Shown piece after piece: positions 30,670 to 39,308 of a stretch of DNA of 52,669 nt. Below the pieces are notes generated by a model. The model had not been told where the DNA came from and did not search any database. It saw only the letters and a program-made list of their open reading frames with translations. How positions within the stretch are numbered: position 1 is the first letter of the stretch; every line of letters begins with the position of its first letter. This DNA is from Acidimicrobiia bacterium (GTDB lineage: Bacteria > Actinomycetota > Acidimicrobiia > Spongiisociales > ZC4RG35). The stretch spans positions 1 through 52,669 of the forward strand of contig JBFHXF010000003.1 of NCBI GenBank assembly GCA_041599115.1. Direction: 5' to 3'. The translations under genes were made by a program, and so were the position numbers.

Positions 30670-31986
30670 TCAAAAACTCGCCATGTAACGGTCGACCTCG
30701 GTCCTGGTCACGGTGTTCACTGGGTCCTCCTCGTCGGAACTCATCATGAAGTCGTATTCCCGCTGGGCCTGTCCCACCAAGGTCTCGATGAGCATCGGAT
30801 GAAACAGGCCCTTGACCATAGATGACTTGTTGAAGCGCTCGATCGCCTCGGGGGTGCTGGTGGGCAACGGCTCGGCATCGGCCAATTCGTAGGCGTTGCC
30901 CGTCGTCATCGGACCCGGCTCCAACTCGTTGACCACACCATCTATCCCCGCGGCGATCTGTCCACCCACCAGGAGGTACGGGTTGCTGTCGGCAGTTCCA
31001 TCGCGCTGTTCGATCCGGACCGCGTTGGGTTCGCCCTCGATGACCCGGATCCCCAAGGTCCTGGTGTCGTGGCCCCATGCGGTGTTTACCGGGCAGAACG
31101 TATAGGGCTGACGTCTCTTCATGGCGTTCGGAGTCGGCGCGGCCAAAAGAGCGAGGTCTGCCATGTGACGTTGCAGACCACCCAGGTAATGAAGTCCCAG
31201 GGTGGAGAGCCGCCCATCGTCGGAGAAGGCATTGACGCCGTCCCTCCAGAGTGATTGGTGGACGTGGAAGCCGGAGCCCGACTCGTCGAAGAACGGTTTT
31301 GCCATGAAGGTGGCCAGAAGACCATGGCCGGCGGCGATCTCCTTGACGCAGTTGCGAAAGAGCATTGCGTTGTCGGCGGCGCTGACTGCGTCGGAGTAGC
31401 GCAGGTTCACTTCGAATTGACCGGCCGAGTACTCGGGGTTGGAGACTTCCACCTGTATCCCGAACTCGGTACAGAGATTGCGAATCGGCCCGACAACGTA
31501 TTCGAATCGGCTTCCTCTAGCAAGGCCGTACACCGCGATACCGCTGTCGAGTGGGCGCTTGGTCTCGGGGTCGAGAAGATAGAACTCGAGTTCGGTTCCG
31601 ACTTTGACCTCATACCCGAGGTCCCTGGCCCGGTCCACTGCGGTGAGGAGCACCGCTCGAGGATCCACCGGCACCGGCCCGCCGTCGGGAATCTCTTCGG
31701 CACGGCACAGCGTGAGAACAACGCCCTCCTCCCAGGGAACTTTCCTCAGGGTGCCTGGAATGGGCACTATGTGGACATCGGGATACCCGTTGTCGAAGTT
31801 GCCATAGGGGGTATCCCAGATGTCAGAGACCATATCCATCTGGAATAGCGCGTTTGCCAGGGCAACCCCGTGGTGCGCCGTGCCCTCCCACATGTTGGCC
31901 TGCAACCTCTTGCCTCGGGCTATCCCGTTCAGGTCACCGATGGCGAGTACGACGGTATGGGTGCCTTCGGGGAGAGAGTCCATCAT
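30670..31986 (-). CDS. Glutamine-synthetase-family gamma-glutamyl:amine ligase (GlnA4/PuuA-like)
   Basis: DLNGIARGK, ELEFYL, EYSAGQFE, ATFMAKP, GSGFHVHQS, RIEQR..ADSNPY. Flap region reads QPYTFCP, with Phe where ammonium-using GS has Glu (PGYEAP). Confidence 0.85.
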   Translation of the reverse strand: MMDSLPEGTHTVVLAIGDLNGIARGKRLQANMWEGTAHHGVALANALFQMDMVSDIWDTPYGNFDNGYPDVHIVPIPGTLRKVPWEEGVVLTLCRAEEIPDGGPVPVDPRAVLLTAVDRARDLGYEVKVGTELEFYLLDPETKRPLDSGIAVYGLARGSRFEYVVGPIRNLCTEFGIQVEVSNPEYSAGQFEVNLRYSDAVSAADNAMLFRNCVKEIAAGHGLLATFMAKPFFDESGSGFHVHQSLWRDGVNAFSDDGRLSTLGLHYLGGLQRHMADLALLAAPTPNAMKRRQPYTFCPVNTAWGHDTRTLGIRVIEGEPNAVRIEQRDGTADSNPYLLVGGQIAAGIDGVVNELEPGPMTTGNAYELADAEPLPTSTPEAIERFNKSSMVKGLFHPMLIETLVGQAQREYDFMMSSDEEDPVNTVTRTEVDRYMASF

Positions 31987-32080
31987 GCGTCCCTTCTTGA
32001 ATTGGTGCCCGGATCGTATCCGCCGCGATGATTGGCCGACGGGGCGAATACCTCGATCCGCTCTATGGAAGGAACAATTC

Positions 32081-33502
32081 CTACCACGTGAACTCCTTGT
32101 CGATCCCGGCGAGTTTCACTCCGGTGAAGGCGGAAGCCTGCAAACTGAGGGCGCGCAGGTCCTCCTTCTCCAGGTTGTGAACACTCGACTTACCGCAAGC
32201 CTTGGCCAGAAGGCTGATTTCCATGGTCCAAGCCGTGAGAAAACGCGCTACTCGCTCGGCGCCGGCGGCAACGTCCATCCGCTCTTCCAGGGCGGGCTCC
32301 TGTGTCGTGATTCCGACGGGGCAGAGACCGGTGTGGCAATGGTGGCAGCGGCCGGGTGCGGTGCCGAGCTTCTCGTAATCCTCGAAATACCGGGGTGAAT
32401 TGCAGCCCAGCGCCATCAGTGAGGCGAATCCGATCATCACTGCGTCGGCGCCCAAGGCGAGACACTTGGCGGCGTCGGTGCCTGACCGAATACCGCCGGC
32501 AGCGACGAGCTTGACCTCATCGGCCAGTCCGGTCTCCTCGAGTGCCTCCCGGGCGGCGGATATGGCGGACATCGTGGGGACCCCGGTGTGGTCCAGCAAG
32601 AGCTCCGGGGATGCGCCGGTCCCACCCTCCGCCCCATCGAGGACAATCACATCGGCTCCGGCTTTGGCGGCAACGGCTACGTCGAAACGCGGGCGGGTTG
32701 CGCCCATCTTGACGAAGATCGGGATTCGATAGTCGGTCGCCTCCCGGAGCTCCTCGATCTTGACCTTGAGATCGTCACCACCAAGGAAGTCGGGGTGCCG
32801 CACCGTTGACCGCTGGTCGACTCCCGCCGGAAGGGTGCGCATGCCGGCCACTCGCTCCGATACCTTCATCCCGAGCAGAAGGCCGCCGGTCCCCGGTTTT
32901 GCTCCCTGTCCGACGACGATTTCGATCCCGTCGACCATCCGGAGATGGTCGAGGTCCAGCATGTAGCGGCTTGGGGTCATCTGATAGACGAGACGTTGGG
33001 ATGCCGTCCGCTCATCCTCCAGCATGCCCCCTTCACCGGTGCAGGTCATGCTCCCCACCTTGGACGCGCCATAGCCCAAGGCCGCTTTGGCCGAGGCGGA
33101 CAGGGCGCCGAAGGACATCGAGGCGATGTAGATGGGGATGTCCAGCTCGAGGGGTTGTTCGACAAGACCCGGCCGGTCGCCGAGCACGGTTGTGGTGTCA
33201 CAGCTCTCGCGGTAACCCTCCAGGGGAAGCCGGGTCATTGTGGCCGGGACGAAGACCAAGTCATCGAGTGTGGGAAACCGGGGATTGAAAGCCGAAAAGC
33301 CCCTTATCTGATAGCGGCCGAGCTGGGCGATGGCGTGTGCCTCGGCGATGGCCTCGGGAGTCCATCTCGGCGAATTGCCGCGCTCGTAGGACGACGGCAC
33401 GCCCGCCGGGCGGCCCGGAATGCTGCCGTCAGAGAACCCGATGAGTTCCTCGCTCGGCATCTCGAAGGGGTAGGTGTACTCGTTGCTCAAATCATCAGCC
33501 AT
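32081..33502 (-). CDS. FMN-binding glutamate-synthase-family protein (GlxD/MgsC-like)
   Basis: SMSFGALS, TGEGG, GQGAKPGTGG, GGIRSG.D.AKCLALGAD, CHHCHTGLCPVGITTQ; start MADDLS at 33502. Confidence 0.9.
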   Translation of the reverse strand: MADDLSNEYTYPFEMPSEELIGFSDGSIPGRPAGVPSSYERGNSPRWTPEAIAEAHAIAQLGRYQIRGFSAFNPRFPTLDDLVFVPATMTRLPLEGYRESCDTTTVLGDRPGLVEQPLELDIPIYIASMSFGALSASAKAALGYGASKVGSMTCTGEGGMLEDERTASQRLVYQMTPSRYMLDLDHLRMVDGIEIVVGQGAKPGTGGLLLGMKVSERVAGMRTLPAGVDQRSTVRHPDFLGGDDLKVKIEELREATDYRIPIFVKMGATRPRFDVAVAAKAGADVIVLDGAEGGTGASPELLLDHTGVPTMSAISAAREALEETGLADEVKLVAAGGIRSGTDAAKCLALGADAVMIGFASLMALGCNSPRYFEDYEKLGTAPGRCHHCHTGLCPVGITTQEPALEERMDVAAGAERVARFLTAWTMEISLLAKACGKSSVHNLEKEDLRALSLQASAFTGVKLAGIDKEFTW

Positions 33503-34185
33503 GCTTTTGAATCCCTGCTCGTGAAGTACCACAACCCCTGGGCGGAGATGATCTTCTTCCAATCGCGGTTGCTGCTTTCCAGACTGCGGGTGGAGAGCAG
33601 CTTTTCCACGTCTTCGACCTCGTGGGACTCGGGCTCCACGACTTTCGAGTCGACGCCGAGCGACCCGATCGGGCCGGCCACCCAGACCTCACCCCCCCAC
33701 AGCGAATCGGCGGTGGCCTCGCCTGCCCCGCCCAGGGCGATGATGCGGCCGGCGTGACCCATGAAACCGCTCAGGTAGCCGATGCGACCCTCGACGATGA
33801 TGTCGCCACCTTTCATCGCCACCCCGCAACGAGGGCCGGCATCTCCCTTTATGTGGATGAGCCCGCCCCGCATCGAGGCGCCAACGCTCATCCCCGCATA
33901 GCCGTGGACCACTATCTCTCCCGAGGCCATCGCCTCGCCCAGGCCCCAACCGGCGTCACGGGTGATCTCGATGTCGGCCCCGTTGTTCAAGCCGCCGCAG
34001 TAGTAACCGACGCTTCCCTCGAAGGTCACCCGAGCCCCATGGGGGAGGCCGATCCCGAGGTTGTGCCGGGACAGGGTGTTGGTGACCACTACATCCTGGC
34101 CCATCTCGAGGGCGGCACGGATTGCCAGGTTGATCTCTCTGGTCGGCCGATCACCGGCTTCTATGTTGACAACGTCTCCCATCAC
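33487..34185 (-). CDS. GXGXG glutamate synthase alpha-C-like protein (GlxC/MgsB-like)
   Basis: GSVGYYCGG, G.AMASG, AGPRCGVAMKGGDIIV, GFMGHAG beta-helix repeats. Confidence 0.88.
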   Translation of the reverse strand: MMGDVVNIEAGDRPTREINLAIRAALEMGQDVVVTNTLSRHNLGIGLPHGARVTFEGSVGYYCGGLNNGADIEITRDAGWGLGEAMASGEIVVHGYAGMSVGASMRGGLIHIKGDAGPRCGVAMKGGDIIVEGRIGYLSGFMGHAGRIIALGGAGEATADSLWGGEVWVAGPIGSLGVDSKVVEPESHEVEDVEKLLSTRSLESSNRDWKKIISAQGLWYFTSRDSKAWLMI

Positions 34186-35123
34186 ACCCTCTCCGCCACT
34201 TTTATGTCCCAGGTGGCGGTCCGATCCGGTCCGTCATAATTGATCACGTCGACCTCCCGGCGATAGACCTTGCGTAGCGCCTGCTCCTCGGTCGCCACGG
34301 CCAGGTCGGGACCGTCCTCGACGACGGCTACGGGCTTGATGGCCCATCGATCCTTGGCCAGCCCAAGCCGATTCGGCGTCGCTATCAAGTAGGTGAAGAC
34401 CCCGTCGAGAGCACGAAGGCTGAGAGTCAGGGCTTCATCGAGACCCCTGCCGTGAGCCATTTGGTCGGAGATCCAGATGGCAATCAGTTCCGAATCGTTG
34501 TCGGTCTTGAAACGATATCCCTGACGGGTCAGCCTGTCTCGGAGCAGGTGGTAATTGGTCAGCTGACCATTATGGACGATGGCCACATCGGGGAATGGCC
34601 GAGCCCAGAACGGGTGACTGGCCGTCGGCGACACCCGGGATTCGGTGGCCATGCGGGCGTTGGCGATGCCATGACTTCCGATGAAATCGGCGACCGGATG
34701 CTTGGCCGCCACATCCAGGGCGCTCCCGACATCCTTGATGATCTCGAGGGACTTGCCTACCGACTGAATCTCGAAACGGGGAAGGTCGTCGGCGACGGCG
34801 AGCCACTCGGCGAGGCCCGCCGAAGGCTCCGACATGACCATCCTCACCGAGACGTGTTGCTGGGTGGTGGTGTCCCATGTCGGATCCTCGAGAAAGTCGC
34901 CTCCGAACCCGCGTAGCACCGAGAGGAACCGATCCAAATCCGACGACAGCAGATCCCGATCGCTGGTCACCACCCGGACGACGTACCCCGCGTCTCGGGG
35001 AGCGCCGTAGAGAGCGAATCCCGTGGAGTCTCCGCCACGGTGCACCTGGGCCTGCATCATGGCGACCAGGTCTGAGCCGATGGGCCCAGGCTCAGCAAGG
35101 ATTCGGCCGGCAATACCGCACAT
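34182..35123 (-). CDS. Class II (Ntn) glutamine amidotransferase (GlxB/MgsA-like)
   Basis: MCGIAG N-terminal Cys, HRGGDSTG, RMATES, HPF, HNGQLTN, TDNDSE; SD GGAGGAG. Confidence 0.9.
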   Translation of the reverse strand: MCGIAGRILAEPGPIGSDLVAMMQAQVHRGGDSTGFALYGAPRDAGYVVRVVTSDRDLLSSDLDRFLSVLRGFGGDFLEDPTWDTTTQQHVSVRMVMSEPSAGLAEWLAVADDLPRFEIQSVGKSLEIIKDVGSALDVAAKHPVADFIGSHGIANARMATESRVSPTASHPFWARPFPDVAIVHNGQLTNYHLLRDRLTRQGYRFKTDNDSELIAIWISDQMAHGRGLDEALTLSLRALDGVFTYLIATPNRLGLAKDRWAIKPVAVVEDGPDLAVATEEQALRKVYRREVDVINYDGPDRTATWDIKVAERV

Positions 35124-35148
35124 CAGGTCTCCTCCGCCCGGAGAATAG

Positions 35149-35171
35149 CTTTTGTATACAGTACACAAAAG
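35149..35171. promoter_or_regulatory. Palindromic operator candidate upstream of the glxB-like gene
   Basis: CTTTTGTATACAGTACACAAAAG is a near-perfect 23-bp inverted repeat. It is AT-rich in a GC-rich context and contains a TACTGT -10-like hexamer on the minus strand. Confidence 0.7.
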
Positions 35172-35178
35172 TTGGGGA

Positions 35179-35772
35179 TCAGAATCTGAGAATTCTCTCG
35201 ACCAGGCCCAGTTGGGACTTCGCCTCGTCGAGCCGGATGGGCACGGTGTAAGGGGGGAGCGGCGGGATGAACACGGCGGTGATGGTCCCCGGCAGTGAAA
35301 TCAACTCCACTTGCCGACCCCCGACCGCCTCCATGACACGAAGCTTTTTCAGCTCGGAGCCTTCGATAAGACTGCGGATCCGGGTATCGCCGGAGAGCGC
35401 CGCTGCCAGGGCTGCGCTCTGAGCACCTCCCGATCGCACGGAGAACCGTTTCTTGTCGAATCGATAGGTCAGGATGTCCGGATTCGCCGCGACACTCCCC
35501 CGGCGCCCCACCCACATGGTGTCGATGAGCACGCCGAACAGACGGGTCTGGCCCTTGAACCCGACCTCAATGACCACATCGTCGTCGAGGTTTATCCGGG
35601 CCGAGCGAAACTCGGGATCGACCTGCACGTCTATCGATCGGCTCTGCAGCGCCGTGATCGGCTCTTGCAGGATTCGCCGCCGCCGACCCTTGTAGAGCAA
35701 CGAGGCACGACGTCGCAAAGAGAACGGAGCCGACCCGTCGGGTCGGCTCCGTTCAGACCGGTTGGGTGTCAC
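35179..35772 (-). CDS. Hypothetical protein, DUF3156-like
   Basis: Overlaps the permease stop. C-terminal pattern (SGG..AALAAALSGD..LKKLRV..VELISLPG..PPLPPYTVPI) recalls DUF3156 proteins found next to APC amine permeases; family call is from memory. Confidence 0.6.
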   Translation of the reverse strand: MTPNRSERSRPDGSAPFSLRRRASLLYKGRRRRILQEPITALQSRSIDVQVDPEFRSARINLDDDVVIEVGFKGQTRLFGVLIDTMWVGRRGSVAANPDILTYRFDKKRFSVRSGGAQSAALAAALSGDTRIRSLIEGSELKKLRVMEAVGGRQVELISLPGTITAVFIPPLPPYTVPIRLDEAKSQLGLVERILRF

Positions 35773-37190
35773 AGCTTCTGGTGGACTTCTTCCTCGAGAT
35801 GCGAAGCGACGCCGGAGGTCCCTCGCAAGGCGTAGGAAACGATCGCCGCAACCAGCGACCCGGCGAATATCCAGAGCGACCGGACCCCGAAGAGGTCATG
35901 GGCGCCTTGGAATGCGTAATAGATCGCCAGGACCGTGAGCACGATACCGACGACCGGCACCCAGAGTTGGAGCTGGAACGGCCGGTCGACGTCGGGATTG
36001 GCGTAGCGCGAGGTGATCACCATCACGTGATAGAGCACGTAGATGATCAGCCAGGCATACGCCGCCGAATAGACCAGTTCCAACACGTCTCCGAATGCGA
36101 GCGCCGCCCAGGTGTAGACCACACCCGTGACGATGATCGCGGTCCACGGTGTCCGAAAGCGAGGGTGCAGGGAGCTGAACACTCGCGACACCGGGCCGAA
36201 GAAGTGACCATTACGCGAAACGCCGTAGAGCACCCTGGGCATGGCGGCATAGACGATCGCCATCGAGGCCAATGTGGCCAGGAACGTCGCCAGCGCCATC
36301 AAGGTACGTCCGGTGTCACCGAACATGGCCTGCCCCACCGCCAGTTGGGCGCAGCCGCCTTCGCATCCTGCGGCGCTGGTAGCCGTCGCCAACCAGTCAC
36401 TGGTCGGCTGGGTTCCACCTACGCCGAAGCCCATCAGCAGCGATGTGAACAGGATCACCACCATGGCGGCGATGATCCCACGGGGGATATTCCTGTTCGG
36501 GTCCTTGGTCTCCTCGGCCAGTGGGGCAACGAACTCGATGCCGACGAAGCTCCAGAATGCCAGGGCCACGCCACCGGCCATGACAGTCGTCCAATCGAAC
36601 ATCCCGACGCCGGCATTCCAGTTGCCGGCGCTCCACCCCCCGGTGTCACCCAGGCCGAAAAAGCCGGCCGCGCCGAAGAACCAGCGCAGCCCCAGCATGC
36701 CGATGATCAGGTACAACTCGACCTTTGCCAGCACCTCGATCCCGAGCAGGTTGGGGATGATCGCCAGGATCGTCATAGCGACGATCCAGGGCCAGACGTC
36801 ACCCGTCGCGCTGAAGAGCGCCTGGAACCCGAAGGCACCGGCCAGGGTCTCCCCTGCACCGGCGAAGGCAAACATGCCATAGAAGGCGAAGGCCAGGAAG
36901 ATTCCCGTTATACCCGCCAGGGCACCCGTTCCCGGAACCGACGCCGCTCCGTAGTCGTACAGGGCTCCCGCCTTGGGGTACGTCGTGGCAAGCTCGGCCA
37001 CCGCCAAACCCAGCAACATGTTGATCACAAAGGCGACGACCAGCGCTGCAATGAAAGCGGTGCCGATCGAGAACCAACCGTTGAAGTCGCTGACCAGGGT
37101 CGTTGCCGCCACGATGAGTCCGACTCCTGCGACGAATACGTCACGTGTGCCGAGGGCTTTGATCAAGCCTGACTCTGTGGACTGTGTCAT
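35769..37190 (-). CDS. APC family amino acid/amine permease
   Basis: About 12 hydrophobic segments, ELATTYPKAG, FVGIEFVAPLAEETKDP..NIPRG, RPF; SD GAGGAGG before MTQSTE. Confidence 0.92.
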   Translation of the reverse strand: MTQSTESGLIKALGTRDVFVAGVGLIVAATTLVSDFNGWFSIGTAFIAALVVAFVINMLLGLAVAELATTYPKAGALYDYGAASVPGTGALAGITGIFLAFAFYGMFAFAGAGETLAGAFGFQALFSATGDVWPWIVAMTILAIIPNLLGIEVLAKVELYLIIGMLGLRWFFGAAGFFGLGDTGGWSAGNWNAGVGMFDWTTVMAGGVALAFWSFVGIEFVAPLAEETKDPNRNIPRGIIAAMVVILFTSLLMGFGVGGTQPTSDWLATATSAAGCEGGCAQLAVGQAMFGDTGRTLMALATFLATLASMAIVYAAMPRVLYGVSRNGHFFGPVSRVFSSLHPRFRTPWTAIIVTGVVYTWAALAFGDVLELVYSAAYAWLIIYVLYHVMVITSRYANPDVDRPFQLQLWVPVVGIVLTVLAIYYAFQGAHDLFGVRSLWIFAGSLVAAIVSYALRGTSGVASHLEEEVHQKL

Positions 37191-37246
37191 AGGCCTCCTC
37201 CCGTTCCGGCCGCTCTGTCCCACGGCACTCGCCGTAGCGGCCGATA

Positions 37247-37263
37247 TTGGATACAGTATGCAT
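37247..37263. promoter_or_regulatory. Second operator candidate between the permease and gntR
   Basis: TTGGATACAGTATGCAT shares the palindromic core TG-N-ATAC-A-GTAY-N-CA with the site at 35149-35171. Confidence 0.65.
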
Positions 37264-37398
37264 CTGGGACCGTCCCTGCAACTGATCCTGAAAACCCGAT
37301 CAGGGGGGAGCAGCGGCGAAACATGGATCCGGCTGCCCTTATCGGGGGGAGATCGGTATCCTTCCCGGGTAAAACGAAGCAACCGCGAGCCCTCAGAT

Positions 37399-38118
37399 AT
37401 GAGCCCTCGATTCGTCAAAATCGAGCACACCCAGCCCCGTCTCGTTGATCTGGTCTACGAGCAGGTGCTGAGCGCCATAATGTCCGGAGAGATAGGCCCC
37501 GGTGACCGGCTCATTCAGGAGACTCTCGCCGAGGAGATCAACGTGAGCAGGACGCCGGTCCGGGAGGCACTGCTGCGTCTTGAGCGTGAGGGGATCATAG
37601 AACTATCGGGTCGGCGTGGTTTTCGGGTTCGGGACATCAGTGATCGCGAGATCGAGGACATATACCAGGCCCGCCAGGCGATCGAGGGCTATGCAGCCCG
37701 GTTGTTGGCCGATCGGGGAACCGAGGTCGGCCTGAGGAGAATCAGCGATGTCTTCAAGGAGCAGGTTCTGACGACGCAAGATTCCGTCTCGGCGGCGTTC
37801 CGGGCCAATCGAATCCTCCACCGGGCCATAGTCGAGGCCACCGGCAACGCCTACCTCCTCGAGTTGTTCGACGGGATCTGGGGGCGAAGCGTGGCCATCC
37901 GACTCTATGCCGACCTGTTCAACGCCGACGACTTCGCCGAATCCTTCCTCGAAGGCCATGCCGGACTGCTGGAGGCGTTGTCGTCCCGTGACGGCGACCG
38001 GGCTGCAGAGGCCATGGAGGAACATATTCGCTCGGGTTTGAAGGCCCATCTTGCCGCTCACTCTTGGTGGCGGGAGGGAGCTTCTCAGGCCGAGAAGGTG
38101 CCTTCCGCCAGAACCTGA
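37399..38118 (+). CDS. GntR family regulator (FadR/FCD subfamily)
   Basis: LAEEINVSRTPVREALLRLE HTH; FCD N..LH..I..ATGN, H..LLEAL..RD..AMEEHI. Divergent from the permease. Confidence 0.92.
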   Translation: MSPRFVKIEHTQPRLVDLVYEQVLSAIMSGEIGPGDRLIQETLAEEINVSRTPVREALLRLEREGIIELSGRRGFRVRDISDREIEDIYQARQAIEGYAARLLADRGTEVGLRRISDVFKEQVLTTQDSVSAAFRANRILHRAIVEATGNAYLLELFDGIWGRSVAIRLYADLFNADDFAESFLEGHAGLLEALSSRDGDRAAEAMEEHIRSGLKAHLAAHSWWREGASQAEKVPSART

Positions 38119-38166
38119 ATCTGGCTGGGCGCCCCACCGGTAAGATCCGTTCGTGGGCTTCGATCG

Positions 38167-39243
38167 TCAGGTGGCAGAAGAATCGAGGAGCTTGTAGGAG
38201 AGCTGTTGGCTCACCGACATGTCCATCTTGAACCCGACCAGCTCACCGGTCGTCTGGTCGGGGAGGTTGACGTCCATCGAGATCCTGGTGGAGCCGTCGA
38301 CGTCGAACTTTCGGGCGACCCCGGCCACCGGATCGAACCAGGTGGTCGCATTCGAAGTCGCCCCATCAACCGATATCACGAAGCGGAACTGATCGAGCAA
38401 TTCCTGGAGCTGAGTCGAATCAGCGGTGGTCGAGTCCGTCGGCGTAAAGGCACCGAACAGACCTATGAAGAACTCGCCCAGGTCCAGGTTGATCGCCGAG
38501 GTGGTGGTTTCGGTGCCGATCACGAGCACGTCGAAACCATCCAGCTGATCTGTCCCGGTAACGGTGCTGGTGATGGTGGTGAGCGCGGGGTCTTCGCCAA
38601 ACATGGGGGTCTCGGTGGTTTCTGTCCAGGTATCGCCTACGGTGACCTGCCCGTCAGACAGAGGTGGGCCGACGAATTGCCCTGGATCCATCCCGAATCC
38701 ACCTGAGCCGAGTGAACTGAAGTCTCCCAGGGCGCCGCCGAGAGGATCCTGGAGACTCTGGTCGTCGACTATCAGATTGCCCTGTTCGTCGACGATGAAG
38801 GTGACATCGAAAGGCTCAAGACCGGCAAAGTCGGGGACCTCGTCCATCGGCTTGCCATCCATCGTGCCGCTCACGACGAGATCGTGGAAGCTGCCGGTGA
38901 TATTCACCTCGAACGTGCCCGGCTCAGGGCCATCGGAGATCATATGGGTGAATGTCGCCGATCCCGAGATGTCAAAGGAGGCATTGCCCGGGAATTCTTG
39001 ATCACCGAGAGTCGAGGAATCGCCGGAGGTTGACATTTCTATGTGCTGGCTCATATCGACCTGATACGAGTACGTCGTGCCGGAGGCGAGGTTGTAGCTG
39101 AGCAGGGCAGGTTTCATTGCGGCGGGAGCGGAAGTCGTGGTCTCGGCAATCGCAGTCGTGGAAGTCGATCCCGAAACAGCTGGACTGCAGGCAACAATCA
39201 CCAGGGCTAGAGCGGCCATGGCCGGCAGGGTGGGCCTCTTCAT
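38167..39243 (-). CDS. Hypothetical lipoprotein (beta-rich, acidic)
   Basis: Lipobox IVAC, S/T linker, long ORF between defined genes. Confidence 0.7.
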   Translation of the reverse strand: MKRPTLPAMAALALVIVACSPAVSGSTSTTAIAETTTSAPAAMKPALLSYNLASGTTYSYQVDMSQHIEMSTSGDSSTLGDQEFPGNASFDISGSATFTHMISDGPEPGTFEVNITGSFHDLVVSGTMDGKPMDEVPDFAGLEPFDVTFIVDEQGNLIVDDQSLQDPLGGALGDFSSLGSGGFGMDPGQFVGPPLSDGQVTVGDTWTETTETPMFGEDPALTTITSTVTGTDQLDGFDVLVIGTETTTSAINLDLGEFFIGLFGAFTPTDSTTADSTQLQELLDQFRFVISVDGATSNATTWFDPVAGVARKFDVDGSTRISMDVNLPDQTTGELVGFKMDMSVSQQLSYKLLDSSAT

Positions 39244-39308
39244 GACGTCAGGTTATCGGCAAGATCCGACAACGGATTGAGGACACCACCGGTTACCGTT
39301 CGAACCCT

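Noticed and set aside
32010-32022. CGGATCGTATCCG palindrome before the GS-like gene as a third GntR site
   Set aside because: Spacing and flanks do not match the TG-N-ATAC-A-GTAY-N-CA core; too short to support.
30670-35123. Ordinary GS/GOGAT nitrogen-assimilation operon
   Set aside because: The GS lacks the flap Glu, the synthase is split in glxBCD/mgsABC fashion, gltD is absent, and the genes run into BMC shell genes.
35766-37172. 468-aa plus-strand ORF, and similar long antisense ORFs (2884-3840, 28904-29941, 21500-22570, 44316-45401, 46753-47739)
   Set aside because: They mirror well-supported genes, as expected from stop-codon scarcity in high-GC DNA.
25092-38118. BMC locus as a mobile island
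   Set aside because: No integrase, transposase, flanking repeats or visible compositional shift.
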